55,827 nucleotides of DNA from Rhodoluna sp. (GTDB taxonomy: Bacteria > Actinomycetota > Actinomycetes > Actinomycetales > Microbacteriaceae): contig JAHEGM010000003.1 in assembly GCA_024645105.1 (NCBI GenBank), positions 1 to 55,827 of the forward strand, given 5' to 3'. The notes under the pieces were generated by a model. It was given only the letters and a program-made list of their open reading frames with translations. It had not been told where the DNA came from and ran no database searches. Below are positions 1-11,299 of the stretch, one piece after another. The position numbers were made by a program, and so were the translations under genes. Position 1 is the stretch's first letter, and every line of letters starts with the position of its first letter.

Positions 1-81
1 CCGCTGGCCGAGCTGGAAGAGACCAAACTAAAGGCCCAAGCGCTATTGCGAGTGTTAAACGCGCCAGACCCCTGGGCCTAG
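1..81 (+). CDS. 3' end (partial) of a chorismate-binding enzyme, anthranilate synthase component I / PabB-like
   Basis: Frame 1 reads [26 protein letters not shown]. The E-x-E-E-T-x-x-K-A motif is typical of the TrpE/PabB C-terminus. Truncated by the window edge. Confidence 0.65.
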   Translation, partial: PLAELEETKLKAQALLRVLNAPDPWA

Positions 82-98
82 TTGGTAACCTTATAAGA

Positions 99-2579
99 AT
101 GACTGACGCAACAAACGAAAAAGAGTACGACGTACTTGCAATCCAGGACAAGTGGCTCCCGATTTGGGATGACTTGCGCCTTTTTGCGTCTGGTAAGCCT
201 AATGATTCAAGACCTAAGAAATATGTTCTCGACATGTTTCCTTACCCATCGGGCGATCTACACATGGGTCACGCCGAGGCATATGCGCTTGGCGATGTGA
301 TTTCCCGTTACTGGGTGCAAAAAGGCTTCAACGTAATGCACCCAATTGGTTGGGACTCTTTTGGTCTGCCTGCCGAAAACGCTGCCATCAAACGTGGCCT
401 TGATCCAAAGGGCTGGACCTACGACAACATCGCCCAGCAGCGAGCTTCAATGCGCAGATACGCCTGCTCGTTTGACTGGGACCGCGTACTTATTACCTCT
501 GACCCTATTTACTACCGCTGGAACCAGTGGCTGTTCTTGGAGTTCTACAACAAGGGTCTGGCTTATCGCAAAAACTCAAACGTTAACTGGTGCCCAAGTT
601 GTCAGACCGTTCTTGCCAACGAGCAGGTAGTTCAAGGTTTATGTGAGCGCTGCGACAGCGTAGTTACCAAGAAGGCTCTTACTCAGTGGTACTTCAAGGT
701 CACCGATTACGCCGACCGACTTCTTGACGATCTAGACACACTTGAGGGCAACTGGCCAGCCAAGGTGGTTTCAATGCAGCGCAACTGGATTGGTCGTTCC
801 TACGGCGCCGATGTTGAATTTGAAATTGAAGGCCGCGATGAGCCGGTAACAGTTTTTACAACTCGCCCTGACACTTTGTTTGGTGCAACTTTTATGGTGG
901 TTGCTGCCGACAGCGCACTTGCTGCCGAACTTGCCGCTAACACCGATGCCGCAACCCAGCAGAAGTTTGCCGAGTATCTAGAGATGGTTAAGCAGTCAAA
1001 CGATATTGAGCGTTTGGCAACTGACAGACCTAAAACTGGAGTGAACCTTGGCCGCTTTGCGATCAATCCGGTTAATGGAGAACGAATTCCAATTTTGGTT
1101 TCTGACTATGTGCTTGCCGATTACGGCCACGGCGCAATCATGGCTGTTCCTGCGCACGACCAGCGTGACCTAGATTTTGCCAAGGCACTTGGCCTGCCGG
1201 TTCGCGTGGTCGTTGAAACCGGTGAAGAAGATCCAAATGTTTCGGGAACCGCAACCACAGGTGATGGCTCCATAGTTAATTCCGGGCCACTGGATGGTTT
1301 GAGCAAGAGAGATGCAATTGAAAAAATAATTGCTCTGCTTGAAAAAGATTCAAAAGGTAAGAAAACCAAAAACTTCCGCTTGCGCGACTGGTTGATTTCA
1401 CGTCAGCGCTACTGGGGAACTCCAATTCCTATCGTGCACTGTGAAATGTGTGGCGAGGTGCCGGTTCCGCAAGATCAGCTTCCAGTTGAGTTGCCCTCTG
1501 CCGAGGGTCTAGACCTAAAGCCAAAGGGAACCTCACCGCTTGGCGGTGCCGAGGATTGGGTAAACGTTGCCTGCCCTAAGTGCGGCATGCCGGCCAAGCG
1601 CGATACAGACACTATGGACACCTTCGTGGATTCGTCTTGGTACTTCTTGCGTTTCTTGTCTCCGGAATCAACCACCGAGGCATTCCCTAAGCAGGCGGCA
1701 AAAGACTGGGCACCGGTTGACCAGTATGTAGGTGGAGTTACCCACGCAATCTTGCACCTGCTTTACGCACGGTTCTTCACCAAGGTGCTGCACGACTTGG
1801 GTTATGTAGATTTCCAAGAGCCATTCACGCGTCTTCTCAACCAGGGAATGGTTTTGATGAACGGCAGCGCGATGTCGAAGTCGCGAGGCAACATTGTGGC
1901 TCTCAGCGAGCAACTTGATACTCACGGTGTTGATGCGGTTCGCCTAACAATGTCATTCGCCGGCCCACCAGAAGAAGACATTGACTGGGCCGATGTATCA
2001 CCTGCCGGTTCGGCAAAATTCTTGGCCCGTGCGTGGCGCACAGCAAACGATGTCCAAAGCGACATCGGTGTTGATTTTGCAGCTGGCAATAAAGAGCTGC
2101 GCAAGGCAACTCACACATTCCTTCGTGACTTTGGCCCGCTAATTGAGGGCTTCAAATTCAACGTTGGTGTGGCCAAGATCATGGAACTTGTCAACGCACT
2201 TCGCAAGGCAATTGATGGCGATGCGGGTGCCGGTGACCCAGCCGTTCGTGAAGCTGCAGAGACCGTGGCCAAGGCACTTTCTTTGTTTGCGCCTTATACC
2301 GCTGAAGACATGTGGCAGAAGCTGGGTTACGAACCAGGCGTTGCCTTGGCTCAACTACCTGAAGCTGACGAATCACTGTTGGTCGAGAGTTCTGTCACTG
2401 CCGTGGTTCAGGTGGATGGCAAGCTTCGTGACAAGTTTGAAGTTGCGGTTGATATCTCAGAAGATGATCTGCGCGAAAGGGCGCTTGGCTCTGATGCGGT
2501 AAAACGAGCAATCGGTGAGAAGACGGTTGCCAATGTGATTGTTCGTGCTCCGAAACTGGTGAACATCGCGACCAAGTAA
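99..2579 (+). CDS. leuS: Leucine--tRNA ligase
   Basis: [13 protein letters not shown] (HIGH-like) and AMSKS (KMSKS-like) motifs, FTTRPDT editing domain, 826 aa. Confidence 0.98.
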   Translation: MTDATNEKEYDVLAIQDKWLPIWDDLRLFASGKPNDSRPKKYVLDMFPYPSGDLHMGHAEAYALGDVISRYWVQKGFNVMHPIGWDSFGLPAENAAIKRGLDPKGWTYDNIAQQRASMRRYACSFDWDRVLITSDPIYYRWNQWLFLEFYNKGLAYRKNSNVNWCPSCQTVLANEQVVQGLCERCDSVVTKKALTQWYFKVTDYADRLLDDLDTLEGNWPAKVVSMQRNWIGRSYGADVEFEIEGRDEPVTVFTTRPDTLFGATFMVVAADSALAAELAANTDAATQQKFAEYLEMVKQSNDIERLATDRPKTGVNLGRFAINPVNGERIPILVSDYVLADYGHGAIMAVPAHDQRDLDFAKALGLPVRVVVETGEEDPNVSGTATTGDGSIVNSGPLDGLSKRDAIEKIIALLEKDSKGKKTKNFRLRDWLISRQRYWGTPIPIVHCEMCGEVPVPQDQLPVELPSAEGLDLKPKGTSPLGGAEDWVNVACPKCGMPAKRDTDTMDTFVDSSWYFLRFLSPESTTEAFPKQAAKDWAPVDQYVGGVTHAILHLLYARFFTKVLHDLGYVDFQEPFTRLLNQGMVLMNGSAMSKSRGNIVALSEQLDTHGVDAVRLTMSFAGPPEEDIDWADVSPAGSAKFLARAWRTANDVQSDIGVDFAAGNKELRKATHTFLRDFGPLIEGFKFNVGVAKIMELVNALRKAIDGDAGAGDPAVREAAETVAKALSLFAPYTAEDMWQKLGYEPGVALAQLPEADESLLVESSVTAVVQVDGKLRDKFEVAVDISEDDLRERALGSDAVKRAIGEKTVANVIVRAPKLVNIATK

Positions 2580-2581
2580 CT

Positions 2582-2601
2582 CTCTGCTCAAGCAGAGTTT
2601 T
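2582..2601 (+). terminator. Probable intrinsic terminator after leuS
   Basis: CTCTGC-TCAA-GCAGAG hairpin followed by TTTT, 2 nt after the stop codon. Confidence 0.55.
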
Positions 2602-2656
2602 CCCCAAAATTGCCAAGGGCGCCCATTCCATCGAGTGGGCGCCTTAGTTTTACCCC

Positions 2657-3262
2657 ATGGACTGGATTCGGCTAAAAGCTGCAGAACTCTTGGGCGCAAA
2701 TCAACCACTAAACAAAAAGCTCTTATTGTTGGTGGGTTCAATCGTTGCCTTAGTGGTTTTTGCCATCAACGGAATGACTAGCAGTCAAACCCAAAAACTT
2801 GAAGCGTTGCCAAGCCTGGCTGCCGATGAGGTTGTGGTTAAAAGCGCCACAATCTTTGTTCACTTAGTCGGCGAGGTAATCAAGCCAGGCATCTATCAAC
2901 TTGAATCGGGCTCCAGAGTGATGGATGCAGTTTTTGCCGCCGGTGGATTCACAAAAAGCGCCGACGATGCAAGCGTGAATCTTGCCCGAGAGATTACAGA
3001 CGGTGAACAAATAGTTATTTTCAAACAAGGTCAGGCACCCCAAATTGTTGGCGGCAACGCAGGTTCTGCAAGTCAAATTAGTTTGAATCGCGCATCTCAA
3101 GCCGAACTTGAAGATTTGCCAGGGGTTGGGCCGGCTTTGGCTCAAAGAATTATTGACTGGAGAGATGCAAACGGTGGATTCAAAAAGAAAGAAGACTTGT
3201 TGAGCATTAGCGGAATCGGAGACAAGTTATTCGCCGGCATTAAAGATCAGGTGACGCTTTGA
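2657..3262 (+). CDS. comEA: ComEA family DNA-binding protein (TM + SLBB + HhH)
   Basis: VHLVGEVIKPGIY SLBB domain; ISLNRASQAELEDLPGVGPALAQRII and ISGIGDK HhH motifs. Confidence 0.93.
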   Translation: MDWIRLKAAELLGANQPLNKKLLLLVGSIVALVVFAINGMTSSQTQKLEALPSLAADEVVVKSATIFVHLVGEVIKPGIYQLESGSRVMDAVFAAGGFTKSADDASVNLAREITDGEQIVIFKQGQAPQIVGGNAGSASQISLNRASQAELEDLPGVGPALAQRIIDWRDANGGFKKKEDLLSISGIGDKLFAGIKDQVTL

Positions 3263-3329
3263 ATTCCTGGATCTCGGCATCACTGCTCTGGTTATTTTTA
3301 TTTGCGCTGTTATTCACCTTGGGGCTAAG

Positions 3330-5501
3330 TTGAATCGGCTTTGGTTAGTTCTAGTGTCAACTCTAGGACTGGGCCTTTGTTCATTTGGAGTGCAGTTTGC
3401 CGCCGCCAGACCTGCACCGCTGATTCAGGCCGTAAATGATTTCAACACCGTGCAGGCTAGCTTCACTGTTCTTGATGTGCCTCGAACTTTTGGAAATTCG
3501 CAACAGTACAGGGTAAACATTAAAATTATTTCGGCTGAGATTGGTAAGGCACATCTCAAATTGAATTCCAGGGGAGAGTTGCGAGGAGGTCAAGAGATTG
3601 CCAACCTTTTACCCCAAGCCAGTTATTCATGTTGGCTGCAACTTCGTCCTGCTAAAGATTCCGACCGGGCCGGTTACCTTTCGCGATGTAAAGACTCAAT
3701 TAGTCAAGTTAGCCAGCCGCCTGAGACCAATTTCGTCATTCACCAAATTCGCAAAGCGTTTCTTGACTCGAGTCGAGGCACAACTCAGGAGTCCAGGGGC
3801 CTGGTAGCGGGTTTGGCAATCGGTGACACCTCAATGCTGAGTGAAGAAACACTTCAAGAAATGAAGACTGTCTCGCTTACCCATCTCACTGCAGTCTCAG
3901 GCGCAAACTGCGCAATTGTGTTGGGGCTGGTGTATTTCTTGACTAAAAGATTAGGCGGTGGCAGATACGTGCGGCTTGTCGCCGGTCTGGTGACGCTGGT
4001 GACTTATGTTGCTTTGGTCGGCGCTCAACCAAGCGTGCTTAGGGCTGCTGTAATGGCGGCGGCAGTTTTGATTGCCGTATCGCTGGGCCGCAAAACAGCA
4101 GCGTTGAACGCCTTGGGTTTTGCAGTCATAGTTTTACTGATTGCTGATCCATGGTTAGCAGTTGATTTTGGCTTTGCATTGTCTGTTGCCGCTACAGCCG
4201 GCTTATTAGTTCTAACGGAACCGCTGGCTAAGAAGCTTTCCAATCACTTGCCAAGATGGGCCGCAATTTCTATCGCAGTAGCCGTAGCTGCACAGACGTT
4301 TTGTTTTCCCATTCTGTTGCAACTTCAAGATGGCGTTTCAACCTATGCCTTGCCAGCAAACTTATTGGCCGAGCCACTGGTAGCGCCAATTACAGTTCTC
4401 GGCATCTTGGCGCTTGCAGTTGCAATACCTTTGCCGTGGCTTGCGATGATGCTTAGTTACTTGGCATCCCTTGGTACTAATTGGATTGCACAGATTGCGA
4501 AATTCTTCTCGGGCTTACCTAATGCCACTCTTTCGTGGCCTGGTGGGCTTATTGGCTTCGGCGCAGCATTGCTAGTGGTTATTGGGTTTACGCTATGGTT
4601 GCGTGCCAAGAAGACAAAGCAACAAAACCTAGGCGTAGTTATCTTGTCTTTGATTTTGTCTTTGAGCGTAGGGACAATTTCATATGTTCAATTGCGCGCA
4701 GCAGCTTGGCCCATCAAGGATTGGCAAGTGGTTGCCTGTGACGTCGGCCAAGGTGACGCGATGGTAGTGCGCTCTAAAGATCTAATTGCTGTGATTGATG
4801 TTGGGCGAGACGACGCCCCGGTTGATGACTGCCTTGCTCACCTTGGCATTAGTCACATTGATCTTTTGGTTTTGACTCACTTTGACATGGATCACGTTGG
4901 TGGAATCCAGGGTGCGCTAAGAGGGCGAAAAGTTGAGACGGTGCTGATTAGCCCATTCAAGGACGAGCGTTGGGGAGCAACCGGAACTAATCTCTATCTT
5001 CAAAAAACCGGGGCAAAAATTATGTTTGCCGAGCGCGGAGTCAGCGGAACGCTTGGCGATATTGATTGGCAAGTTCTATCACCAAATCACGAGGCTCAAG
5101 GAGCAGAAGACTCAAATGACGCCAGCATTGTGATGCTCTGGAGTGCCAAGTATTTTAATTTAGTTACCATGGCTGACATCGGTGAGCGAGGTCAGATGCG
5201 CATGGTTGCCGATTCAAAATGGTGGCAACTAAACACCATAAGAGAACTTCCGATGGTGTTGAAAGTGTCTCATCATGGTTCCGCAGACCAGTATCCAGAA
5301 CTCATCGAACAACTAGACCCTGAGTTGAGTTTGATTTCAGTGGGGGCCAGCAATAGTTATGGTCATCCAACTAACCGAACACTTGGCACCTTGAAAAAAT
5401 CAGGTTCGCAGGTACTCAGAACAGACCAAATGGGGTCAATAGCGCTTTCTGCAGGCGATTCGGGGCTAATCATTGCCAACTCGCCTAGGCTTACAGGGTG
5501 A
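3330..5501 (+). CDS. comEC: ComEC/Rec2 competence protein with metallo-beta-lactamase domain (start uncertain; frame is open back to 3255)
   Basis: HLTAVSGAN, PSVLRA, GFALSVAAT, DVGQGD, THFDMDH, HHGS and NSYGHP motifs. Confidence 0.93.
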   Translation: MNRLWLVLVSTLGLGLCSFGVQFAAARPAPLIQAVNDFNTVQASFTVLDVPRTFGNSQQYRVNIKIISAEIGKAHLKLNSRGELRGGQEIANLLPQASYSCWLQLRPAKDSDRAGYLSRCKDSISQVSQPPETNFVIHQIRKAFLDSSRGTTQESRGLVAGLAIGDTSMLSEETLQEMKTVSLTHLTAVSGANCAIVLGLVYFLTKRLGGGRYVRLVAGLVTLVTYVALVGAQPSVLRAAVMAAAVLIAVSLGRKTAALNALGFAVIVLLIADPWLAVDFGFALSVAATAGLLVLTEPLAKKLSNHLPRWAAISIAVAVAAQTFCFPILLQLQDGVSTYALPANLLAEPLVAPITVLGILALAVAIPLPWLAMMLSYLASLGTNWIAQIAKFFSGLPNATLSWPGGLIGFGAALLVVIGFTLWLRAKKTKQQNLGVVILSLILSLSVGTISYVQLRAAAWPIKDWQVVACDVGQGDAMVVRSKDLIAVIDVGRDDAPVDDCLAHLGISHIDLLVLTHFDMDHVGGIQGALRGRKVETVLISPFKDERWGATGTNLYLQKTGAKIMFAERGVSGTLGDIDWQVLSPNHEAQGAEDSNDASIVMLWSAKYFNLVTMADIGERGQMRMVADSKWWQLNTIRELPMVLKVSHHGSADQYPELIEQLDPELSLISVGASNSYGHPTNRTLGTLKKSGSQVLRTDQMGSIALSAGDSGLIIANSPRLTG

Positions 5502-6487
5502 ACAAGGCAAAGCAATTGGAATGGCGCAAGGCTGCGCCGCACCCAATAGTCTTCGTCTCTGGTGGCGAGGAATACCTGGCTGGCAGATCCATTAGGTCCA
5601 TCAGAGAGCAGCTTCGTGCTCAAGACCAGTCGTTGGAAATTCACGAAATAGACGCAGCCGACTATTCCACCGGCACCTTACTCAACATCACCAGCCCCTC
5701 GCTTTTTGCAGAACCTCGCCTGGTGATTATTCGTGGTCTAGAAAAATGCAGCGATGACCTAATCGCTGACGGCATTGACTATGTCTCGGCGCCAACAGAC
5801 GACACCACTTTAATTCTTCGCCACAATGGCTCAAGTGTTCGCGGTAAAAAACTGGTTGAAGCTATTCGTGAATCGCAGTTTGCCGTGGAAATTGCCTGCG
5901 CCGACATCAAGAAAGATTCTGACCGCCAAGCATTTGTTCAAGGTGAGTTCGCCCACGCCCAAAGAAAAATCACACCCGGCGCAGTCAGGGCACTTCTTGA
6001 TGCCTTCGCCGACGATACGGCTGAACTGGCCGCGGCAATTAATCAGTTGTTATTAGATAGCGCTGAAACAATTTCTGAAGAGCTGGTTGATCGCTACTAC
6101 GGTGGTCGAGTAGAAACAAATGCATTCAAGGTAGCCGACGCTGCGCTTGCGGGTCGTGCGGGGGAGGCAATGGCGCTTTTGCGTCACGCTTTGGCCACAG
6201 GGGCCGACCCGGTGCCGCTGGTCGCAGCCATTTCTATGAAAATTCGTCAGATGGCAAAAATTTACGGAAACCGTTCGGCATCAGCCGCAACTTTAGGCAT
6301 GGCCCCGTGGCAACTTGATAGGGCTCGCAAAGATCTAACTGGCTGGAGCGATGACGGTTTGGCCGCAGCAATCCAGGCAATGGCAACAGCCGACGCAGCC
6401 TCCAAGGGTGCTGAGCGCGATCCGGTCTACTCTCTCGAGAAACTGGTGAATCTAATTTCACATAAGGGAATAGAGCAGGGTAAGTAG
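5498..6487 (+). CDS. holA: DNA polymerase III delta subunit
   Basis: GEEYLA and SPSLFAEPRLV motifs; comEC-holA-rpsT synteny. Confidence 0.93.
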   Translation: MNKAKQLEWRKAAPHPIVFVSGGEEYLAGRSIRSIREQLRAQDQSLEIHEIDAADYSTGTLLNITSPSLFAEPRLVIIRGLEKCSDDLIADGIDYVSAPTDDTTLILRHNGSSVRGKKLVEAIRESQFAVEIACADIKKDSDRQAFVQGEFAHAQRKITPGAVRALLDAFADDTAELAAAINQLLLDSAETISEELVDRYYGGRVETNAFKVADAALAGRAGEAMALLRHALATGADPVPLVAAISMKIRQMAKIYGNRSASAATLGMAPWQLDRARKDLTGWSDDGLAAAIQAMATADAASKGAERDPVYSLEKLVNLISHKGIEQGK

Positions 6488-7683
6488 TGGCTAACCAGAC
6501 TAAGTTCGGCATCACCGGATTCTTGGCAATTGTGTTCATCTCAATTGTTTTGCGACCACCGGTGGCATCCATTGGCCCGCTACTACAAGAAATCCAGACA
6601 TCGTTAGGTGTCAGTGCCGAGCTGATTGGAATTCTTGCGGCAGCGCCCGTTCTTTGTTTTGGGCTTGGAGCTTTTGCGAGCCCTTGGCTGGTTAGCAAGG
6701 TTGGCGTAAATCACGCCATGTTGTACGTGATGATATTTCTTGGCGCTGCCTCAGCGCTTCGCATGATCTTTGGTTATCCAGGTTTGCTTGTTGGCACCAT
6801 TGGTGCAGGTCTTTCGATTGCGATTGCAAACGTTTTGCTGCCAACCGTAGTTAGAGTTCAGTTTCCAAAACACATTGCGCTAATTACAGGTTCCTACACG
6901 ACGCTGCTTGCCGTCTCAGCGAGCTTGGCAGCTTCGGTTGCAGTGCCTTCTAGTAATTTGCTTGGCGGTTGGTCACCTGCGCTTGCGATTTGGATTTTGC
7001 CAACAGCCCTAGCCGTGCTGCTTTGGTTGCCACAAATTAGATCTCAAGAAACTCACGTTGCTCAAGGCGCCCAAGCTGCGGCAGAAGAAAAAGCAGCAGT
7101 ACTTAGATCACCAATCTCTTGGGCGATAGTTGGTTTTTTTGGAATCCAGTCGCTGGGCTTTTACGCACTTCTTGGTTGGATGCCTTCTGCGCTATCGGCA
7201 ATAGGAGAAACACCGGAGGCGGCTGGAAACTACTTAGGTTTTGCCAGCGCAGTGGGAATACCTACCGGCTTGATAATTTCTTCACTTCTAGGACGCTTTA
7301 AGTCCCTGGCATGGTGGGCGGCCGGTACAAGCATTTCTACTTTGGTTGGAAATATTTTGTTCACCATGGTTCTGCAATCTGGTGACACAAAGTGGTTGAT
7401 TGCCGCCTGCATATTGATTGGTTTGGGAATGTCGGCTACTTTTCCGATTTCACTGTCACTAATCAGCACTCGTGCATCAACCCAAGCTCAAACCACACAA
7501 CTCTCAGCCATGTCACAAGGCTGGGGATACCTGCTTGCTGCCACAGGAACTTTCATGGTTGGATTCGTTGCTAATGCCTCAGGGTCTTGGTCTCTGAGTT
7601 TTGCAATCATCACGGTAATGACCCTGATTCAAACTGTCATAGGTTTTTACGTGGGCAAGCCTGGGGTAATCCCAGCAAAATAA
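6487..7683 (+). CDS. MFS transporter, CynX/cyanate permease-like
   Basis: LRPPVASIGPLL start, IANVLLP and LSAMSQGWGYLLAA motifs, about 12 hydrophobic segments. Confidence 0.85.
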   Translation: MANQTKFGITGFLAIVFISIVLRPPVASIGPLLQEIQTSLGVSAELIGILAAAPVLCFGLGAFASPWLVSKVGVNHAMLYVMIFLGAASALRMIFGYPGLLVGTIGAGLSIAIANVLLPTVVRVQFPKHIALITGSYTTLLAVSASLAASVAVPSSNLLGGWSPALAIWILPTALAVLLWLPQIRSQETHVAQGAQAAAEEKAAVLRSPISWAIVGFFGIQSLGFYALLGWMPSALSAIGETPEAAGNYLGFASAVGIPTGLIISSLLGRFKSLAWWAAGTSISTLVGNILFTMVLQSGDTKWLIAACILIGLGMSATFPISLSLISTRASTQAQTTQLSAMSQGWGYLLAATGTFMVGFVANASGSWSLSFAIITVMTLIQTVIGFYVGKPGVIPAK

Positions 7684-7714
7684 AAACTCCCAAACCAATA
7701 GGTCTGGGAGTTTT
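7683..7714. terminator. Bidirectional intrinsic terminator between the MFS gene and rpsT
   Basis: AAAACTCCCA-aACC-AATA-GGTc-TGGGAGTTTT inverted repeat with A and T tracts on the two sides, between convergent genes. Confidence 0.85.
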
Positions 7715-7727
7715 CGTTGCTCTTGAT

Positions 7728-7988
7728 TTATAGAGCTGAAACCTTCTTAGCCAAAGCTGACTTGCGGTTAGCGGCCTGGTTCTTGTGGATTACTCCCTTT
7801 GAAACTGCCTTGTCTAGCTTCTTTGAAGCCAGTGCTAGTGCGTTTGATGCTGCAGCCTTGTCTCCGGCAGCTGCTGCTTCACGAGCCGCGCGAATTGCGG
7901 TCTTTAGCTCGCTCTTTACAGCCTTGTTGCGCTCAGCAGCCTTTAGGTTGGTGCCAATGCGCTTGATCTGTGACTTGATATTTGCCAT
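7728..7988 (-). CDS. rpsT: 30S ribosomal protein S20
   Basis: [10 protein letters not shown] ... [14 protein letters not shown]. Confidence 0.98.
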   Translation of the reverse strand: MANIKSQIKRIGTNLKAAERNKAVKSELKTAIRAAREAAAAGDKAAASNALALASKKLDKAVSKGVIHKNQAANRKSALAKKVSAL

Positions 7989-8204
7989 GTTTCACTTTCT
8001 TGGGTTGTCACCCCGCGCGGGGCAACTAAAAGAGTTTTTTGTAGGGATTTGGATGGAGACACTCATCCTTATCGAGTCCTAATGCTACCAGTCCTGCCCA
8101 GGATTAGGCAACCAATTCAGGGGCCTAAGCCTGATAACTCTGGGGTCTGTGCGAGAATAGGGGAACCGAGAACCGGTCTTTTTCTTTCTATCCAGAGGTA
8201 AATC

Positions 8205-10064
8205 TTGTCTCCACGCGCCACCCGCCGCCTTGAGCCGGCGAAGACCGATCCGGCGCTAATTCGCAATTTTTGCATCATCGCCCACATTGACCACGGTAAA
8301 TCCACGCTTGCTGACCGCATGCTTCAGCTCACCGGTGTAGTTGATGACCGCTCAATGCGAGCCCAGTACCTGGACCGCATGGATATCGAGCGCGAACGCG
8401 GAATCACCATCAAATCGCAGGCGGTTCGAATGCCATGGGAATCTGATGGCAAGACTTATGCCTTGAACATGATTGACACCCCGGGTCACGTTGACTTCAC
8501 CTATGAGGTGTCTAGATCTCTGGCTGCCTGTGAGGGAGCGGTCCTTTTGGTTGATGCAGCGCAGGGCATCGAGGCCCAGACTTTGGCCAACCTCTATCTA
8601 GCCATGGAAAATGATCTTCAAATCATTCCAGTGCTAAACAAAATTGACCTACCGGCTGCGCAACCTGAAAAGTACGCTGAGGAACTTGCCAATCTAATTG
8701 GTGGAAATCCAGAGGACTGCCTGCGAGTATCTGGCAAAACCGGAGTTGGTGTTGATGAGTTGCTCGACAAAATCGTTGCTACGGTGCCGCACCCAATCGG
8801 GGATCCAAATGCTCCTGCTCGAGCGATGATTTTTGACTCTGTTTACGACAGCTATCGCGGAGTGATTACCTACGTTCGAATGATCGACGGAAACCTAAGT
8901 CCTCGCGAAAAAATTCAAATGATGTCAACTCGTGCGGTGCATGAACTTCTTGAAATTGGTGTTTCATCACCAGAGCCGGAACCTACTAAGGGTCTTGGTG
9001 TTGGTGAAGTGGGTTACTTGATTACCGGCGTGAAAGACGTTCGTCAATCAAAAGTTGGTGACACCATTACCAACCAGGCTAAACCTGCGGCAGAAGCATT
9101 GAAGGGCTACAAAGAGCCTTTGCCAATGGTGTACTCAGGAATTTATCCAATTGATGGCAGCGATTACCCAGTGCTTCGCGAAGCGCTAGATAAATTAAAG
9201 CTTTCAGACGCAGCTTTGGTATACGAGCCAGAAACATCAGTGGCTCTTGGCTTTGGTTTCCGTTGCGGATTCCTTGGTCTGCTTCACCTTGAGATTATTA
9301 CCGAACGTCTTGAGCGTGAGTTTGGGCTAGACCTAATTGCCACTGCGCCATCTGTGGTTTATGAGGTCACTATGGATGATGGCAAAGAGATTACTGTAAC
9401 CAACCCAAGTGAATTCCCTGGCGGAAAAATCAAGCAAGTTCTAGAGCCAATGGTTAAGGCAACAATTTTGCTACCAAAGGATTACACCGGAACCGTGATG
9501 GAGCTATGCCAAACCCGTCGCGGAACAATGATTGATATGCAGTATTTAGGCGAAGACAGAGTTCAACTCCGATACACCTTGCCGCTTGCTGAAATTGTCT
9601 TTGACTTCTTTGATCAACTGAAAAGCAAGACCGCAGGTTACGCTTCGCTTGACTATGAAGAAACTGGTCTCGAAAAAGGTGACTTAGTTAAGGTTGATCT
9701 CTTATTGCAGGGCGAGCAGGTTGATGCCTTTAGCGCAATTGTGCACAAAGATAAGGCCTATGCCTATGGAGTAATGATCACCGGCAAGCTTCGTGAATTG
9801 ATTCCGCGCCAACAGTTTGAGGTACCAATTCAGGCTGCAATTGGCGCGCGCATCATTGCCCGTGAATCTATTCGTGCAATGCGAAAAGATGTATTGGCCA
9901 AGTGTTACGGTGGTGACATTTCTCGTAAGCGCAAACTTCTTGAGAAGCAAAAAGAAGGTAAGAAGCGCATGAAGATGGTTGGCCGCGTGGAGGTTCCTCA
10001 AGAGGCCTTTATCGCGGCGCTTTCCTCTGACAGTGAGAAAAAAGGCGAAAAGAAGGGTAAGTAG
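8205..10064 (+). CDS. lepA: Elongation factor 4 (LepA)
   Basis: [36 protein letters not shown] and [14 protein letters not shown] motifs. Confidence 0.98.
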   Translation: MSPRATRRLEPAKTDPALIRNFCIIAHIDHGKSTLADRMLQLTGVVDDRSMRAQYLDRMDIERERGITIKSQAVRMPWESDGKTYALNMIDTPGHVDFTYEVSRSLAACEGAVLLVDAAQGIEAQTLANLYLAMENDLQIIPVLNKIDLPAAQPEKYAEELANLIGGNPEDCLRVSGKTGVGVDELLDKIVATVPHPIGDPNAPARAMIFDSVYDSYRGVITYVRMIDGNLSPREKIQMMSTRAVHELLEIGVSSPEPEPTKGLGVGEVGYLITGVKDVRQSKVGDTITNQAKPAAEALKGYKEPLPMVYSGIYPIDGSDYPVLREALDKLKLSDAALVYEPETSVALGFGFRCGFLGLLHLEIITERLEREFGLDLIATAPSVVYEVTMDDGKEITVTNPSEFPGGKIKQVLEPMVKATILLPKDYTGTVMELCQTRRGTMIDMQYLGEDRVQLRYTLPLAEIVFDFFDQLKSKTAGYASLDYEETGLEKGDLVKVDLLLQGEQVDAFSAIVHKDKAYAYGVMITGKLRELIPRQQFEVPIQAAIGARIIARESIRAMRKDVLAKCYGGDISRKRKLLEKQKEGKKRMKMVGRVEVPQEAFIAALSSDSEKKGEKKGK

Positions 10065-11299
10065 TGGCAGGCCCACTACCTATCGGAGACCCAGCGCCAG
10101 CAGACGGCAAACTGCCAGCGCAATCTAAAGTTGGCGCGGCCGAACGGTCGTTTCACGCCTATGTTCACATTCCTTTTTGCAGGGTGCGTTGCGGCTACTG
10201 CGATTTCAATACCTACACAGCAAGTGAGCTAGAGGGCGCCAAGCAATCTGATTACACAGATGTCCTGATCTCGGAAATTTTGTTTAGCGCAAAAGTGCTT
10301 GAACAATCTGGCCTGCCAAAGCGAAAGTTGAGCACCGTGTTTTTTGGTGGCGGTACACCAACGCTTCTACCTGCGGCTGATTTGGTGAGAATACTCAAGG
10401 CTCTTGACTCGGCATTTGAAATTTACTCCGCAGCTGAGATCACAACCGAAGCAAATCCTGACACCGTGACGCGCGAATACCTTGACCAACTGCGCGCTGG
10501 CGGGTTCAACCGAATTTCATTTGGCATGCAGTCTGCTGTTCCCGAGGTCCTGGCCACTCTAGAGCGCACGCATAACCCGGAAAATGTTGCGCTTGGGGTC
10601 GCTGCAGCAAAAGAACTTGGCCTTAAGGTTTCTGTTGATCTCATCTATGGCGCCCCAGGGGAAACGCTCGAGCAGTGGCAGCAAAGTATTGAATCAGCAA
10701 TTGGCATGAATCCGGATCATATCTCGGCCTATGCGTTGATTGTGGAAGAGGGCACAAAGCTTGCCCGTCAAATTAAATCCGGTCAACTGAGTGAACCAGA
10801 CGAAGATCTGCAAGCAGATAAATACGAGCTCGCAGATCAGCTTCTGGCCAAAGCCGGCTTTGGCTGGTACGAGGTCAGCAACTGGGCCAATGGTGTTGAA
10901 AATTCTTCGGCGCACAATCTCTCGTATTGGAACTCTCAAGATTGGTGGGGTTATGGGCCAGGAGCGCACAGCCATATTGGTGGTGTGCGTTGGTGGAACG
11001 TAAAGCACCCTTCGGCTTATGCCGCCAAACTAGCCGATGGCAGCTCACCTGCGGCAGGCCGCGAGACTTTAGGGGAGCGAACTCGCTTAGAGGAACGCGT
11101 GTTGCTTGAAATTAGAGTTAGCGAAGGCATGAGCATAGAGCTTGCCAAGCAGGCAAACCCAAATGCCGCAAAGTTAATCGCCGGTTTTATCGCAGACGAG
11201 TTGGTCGAGCCAAAGTCGGCTATCGGTGGTGTTATAAAACTCACGCTCAAGGGCCGGTTGCTAGCCGACTCTCTTGTGCGCCAGCTTTTGGCTGACTAG
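10064..11299 (+). CDS. hemW: Radical SAM heme chaperone HemW (HemN-like)
   Basis: YVHIPFCRVRCGYCDFN, GGGTPT, YEVSNW, HNLSYW; located between lepA and hrcA. Confidence 0.92.
   Translation: MAGPLPIGDPAPADGKLPAQSKVGAAERSFHAYVHIPFCRVRCGYCDFNTYTASELEGAKQSDYTDVLISEILFSAKVLEQSGLPKRKLSTVFFGGGTPTLLPAADLVRILKALDSAFEIYSAAEITTEANPDTVTREYLDQLRAGGFNRISFGMQSAVPEVLATLERTHNPENVALGVAAAKELGLKVSVDLIYGAPGETLEQWQQSIESAIGMNPDHISAYALIVEEGTKLARQIKSGQLSEPDEDLQADKYELADQLLAKAGFGWYEVSNWANGVENSSAHNLSYWNSQDWWGYGPGAHSHIGGVRWWNVKHPSAYAAKLADGSSPAAGRETLGERTRLEERVLLEIRVSEGMSIELAKQANPNAAKLIAGFIADELVEPKSAIGGVIKLTLKGRLLADSLVRQLLAD

Noticed and set aside
3255-3329. Possible comEA-comEC frameshift fusion or non-canonical comEC start
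   Set aside because: The frame is open and hydrophobic from 3255 (CTG at 3267), but there is no convincing slippery site; treated only as start uncertainty
7717-8082. 121-aa plus-strand ORF
   Set aside because: Antisense to rpsT
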